Shown here: positions 61,734-64,000 of the stretch, piece after piece
Numbering within the stretch: the first letter of the stretch is position 1
Layout of the letters: each line of letters opens with the position of its first letter
From: Euprymna scolopes
Taxonomy: Eukaryota
Assembly (NCBI GenBank): GCA_053919585.1
Contig: CM132814.1
DNA length: 64,000 nucleotides
Strand: one strand, 5' to 3'
Position numbers and translations under genes: made by a program
The notes under the pieces: model-generated
Told to the model about the DNA's origin: nothing
The model's input: only the letters and a program-made list of their open reading frames with translations
Databases searched by the model: none

Positions 61734-64000
61734 ATATTGGATACAAAAAAATTGTTGCTGCAATATTTATTCTATAATAAGAGGGTATGATTAACGAAAA
61801 TTGGAAGGTTATACTACAGACACTGGTGATAGGAACTGACCAATCAAATAGAGCCACGTTCTGCTAACAACTAATAAGAAAATGAAATTGCTCCATAAAA
61901 GTATTGGATAATTAATTTTTTTTTTGAGTCTACACTAGAAAAATCTTTGCTCTTTGCCTACAAAATTTTAAAATCAAAGTCCTCTACAGATTAGCTACAC
62001 ATCAGAAACTCTTCTGAAATAAACATGGCTTTCAATTCAAAAGTTATAGACAGCTTTTAAACTATGAATAGAGAGGTGCAAAAAAAAAAAAAGTATAAAA
62101 AAGTGCTCAATACATACATACAGAGCAGATTTAATAAATAAGCAGAATTTTAATATCTATATTTCATGATGATCATTGTTTGATGAAAACTGAATTGTGC
62201 AATTTTACATTTTTTTTTTTGTTAAAAATTCTGATTGTTGACAATTTTCAGAGAAATGCATTCAAAATCGAGCAAGAATTGTTAAATAAGCATACATGGA
62301 AATGGTTATTGTTTCATTCTTAGAATCCATGTTCAGCCGAGATGTCTTGGAGGATTGTAGAAGTGCTTGGTTAGTTGTAGGATAAAATTATTTTCATTAC
62401 TTTCAAGACAAAAAAAAAGAAATGAGAAAATTCGTTTGAAAATAAAATGATAAAAGTTGACCTATGCTATAACACCAGGCGATTATTTTTGAAGAAAAGT
62501 TTCAATGCATGAAAGTCTTCTACTCTAATAGTTTTTTTCTCTTCTTGTAAAATGTTTTTGACTTCTAATAGGGGGTATGAGACGAATGGATTCGCCAATC
62601 ATTTTTATAACCAACGGCTGTGCTAAACAACCAATGAAAACGTCCCAAAATTTTTATAAAAATTGTCGAATTTTGGATTCAATCAGTTCGCCGTTAACTA
62701 CGCCACGGACCGCATTTGATTCTTGGCCGCCATCGTGGTTACTGATCTGAACTACGCCGCAATCTTGGTTACTGATCTGAACTACGCCGCCATCTTTGTT
62801 TAACACAATGCCTCAAAACTTAACATTTTTGGACTGCTAGACTTTGGAATTTTCTTTATATTTCCTGCTTCCCTGAATATACTAACTTGCAGAAGTCTAA
62901 ATGTAATGTGAACAAACATCTTGCTTGTCACTTCATACATTTATATTACTCATTCTATATACATCTTTCTTTCTTTCTGTGTATGTCTACTCCTGCCTAT
63001 TTAATTTTCTGTTAATCGTTAATATTAATCGAATATTTATTGAAAGTCAAAAATAAAAGAAAGCTAAAACAAATTTCTAAAAATCCCATTAAAAATAGCA
63101 TGAAAATATTTTGAATTATTTTTTTATCTAAACTTCTCATCTGGCAATATATCCTAACTAGCAGGACCTGTGGAAATTTTACAAAATTAGAAATATGTTT
63201 AATCAACAACTATATTTTGATAAACCTGATGTTTTTATGTGTAGCATAAAAAAAATAGGTTTTGGATGGCAAAAAAAAACCAAAAACAAACAATAAAATG
63301 CAGCAAATAATAAATACTGAGAAAGTGATATTGTGCTACATAATTTAATACAATTTTTTTTTTTCATTTTCACCCCAAAATAAGGCACAACGCTACTTTG
63401 ATGTAGGGGGCTACTATCTGGGATATAATTTGCAAGAATACTATGTAGGGAGTTGAGCAACAAGATGCCTGTTGTAAGAGACAATCTTTAATTTGCTCCT
63501 TCAATCCAGCACCTCTTCATAGACTATGTTCTTTTTTTCTCTCCTTGTTTCTTTCAAATGTTCCCTTTTTTTTTGCATAACATGACTTTTTTTCTTTGAT
63601 GAAAAACCATTGAAATTATGAGTTCTTTTCTTACACTACTACAACAACGATAATCTATTATTACAATGATAATCTATTATTACAATGATAATCTATTATT
63701 ACAATGATAATCTATTATTACAATGATATTCGAAAACAAGGCTAAATCAAAGGGAGGTCATTCACATCCAGAGTTGCTAGATTGGCCTTTTTAAAGCCAA
63801 ATTTCGTAAACTGGGAAGCAGTTTGACCTTCAAAAATTGTATTTAACCTTTTTTCAAAGCATAACATACAGACTAAAGACGGAATAAGCAGAATATTATA
63901 TACAGAGTGCGTAATATATCGAGGCCACCTAAATCACTTTTCGAAAAAACAGAAAATGAAACTTTTAAATCCTTAAAATTTACAATTTCTCGTAACAAAA

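Noticed and set aside
60430-64000. First KIF16B exons (expected VKVAVRVRP motif)
   Set aside because: No matching peptide with splice sites found; they probably lie beyond the window.

Overview
AT-rich, repeat-dense animal genomic DNA. The repeat content and intron style resemble an octopod or other coleoid mollusc, but this is an inference. One assembly gap lies at 38377-39025. The window sits inside one minus-strand kinesin-3 gene, a KIF16B/Klp98A orthologue. I could splice 21 GT-AG exons (60427 down to 1287; 1848 nt, 616 aa, no stops, all phases compatible) covering most of the motor domain, the neck coil, the FHA domain and the start of the stalk. The first exons and the C-terminal PX region lie outside the window. 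The introns hold a near-intact CR1-clade LINE, many CR1 and RTE fragments, four mariner relics, a solo LTR, Merlin-type MITEs, non-autonomous Helitrons and minisatellites. The less obvious signals are: (1) at least three families of hammerhead-ribozyme-like motifs of the type found in Penelope-like elements; (2) a 5S-rRNA-headed SINE family; (3) a young non-autonomous retroelement with a pseudoknotted head and a recurrent truncation point; (4) a candidate 12-nt frame-preserving microexon; (5) two foldbacks sharing one 16-nt centre; (6) an identical 22-mer just downstream of two consecutive 5' splice sites. Repeat boundaries were read by eye and are approximate unless a TSD is quoted.
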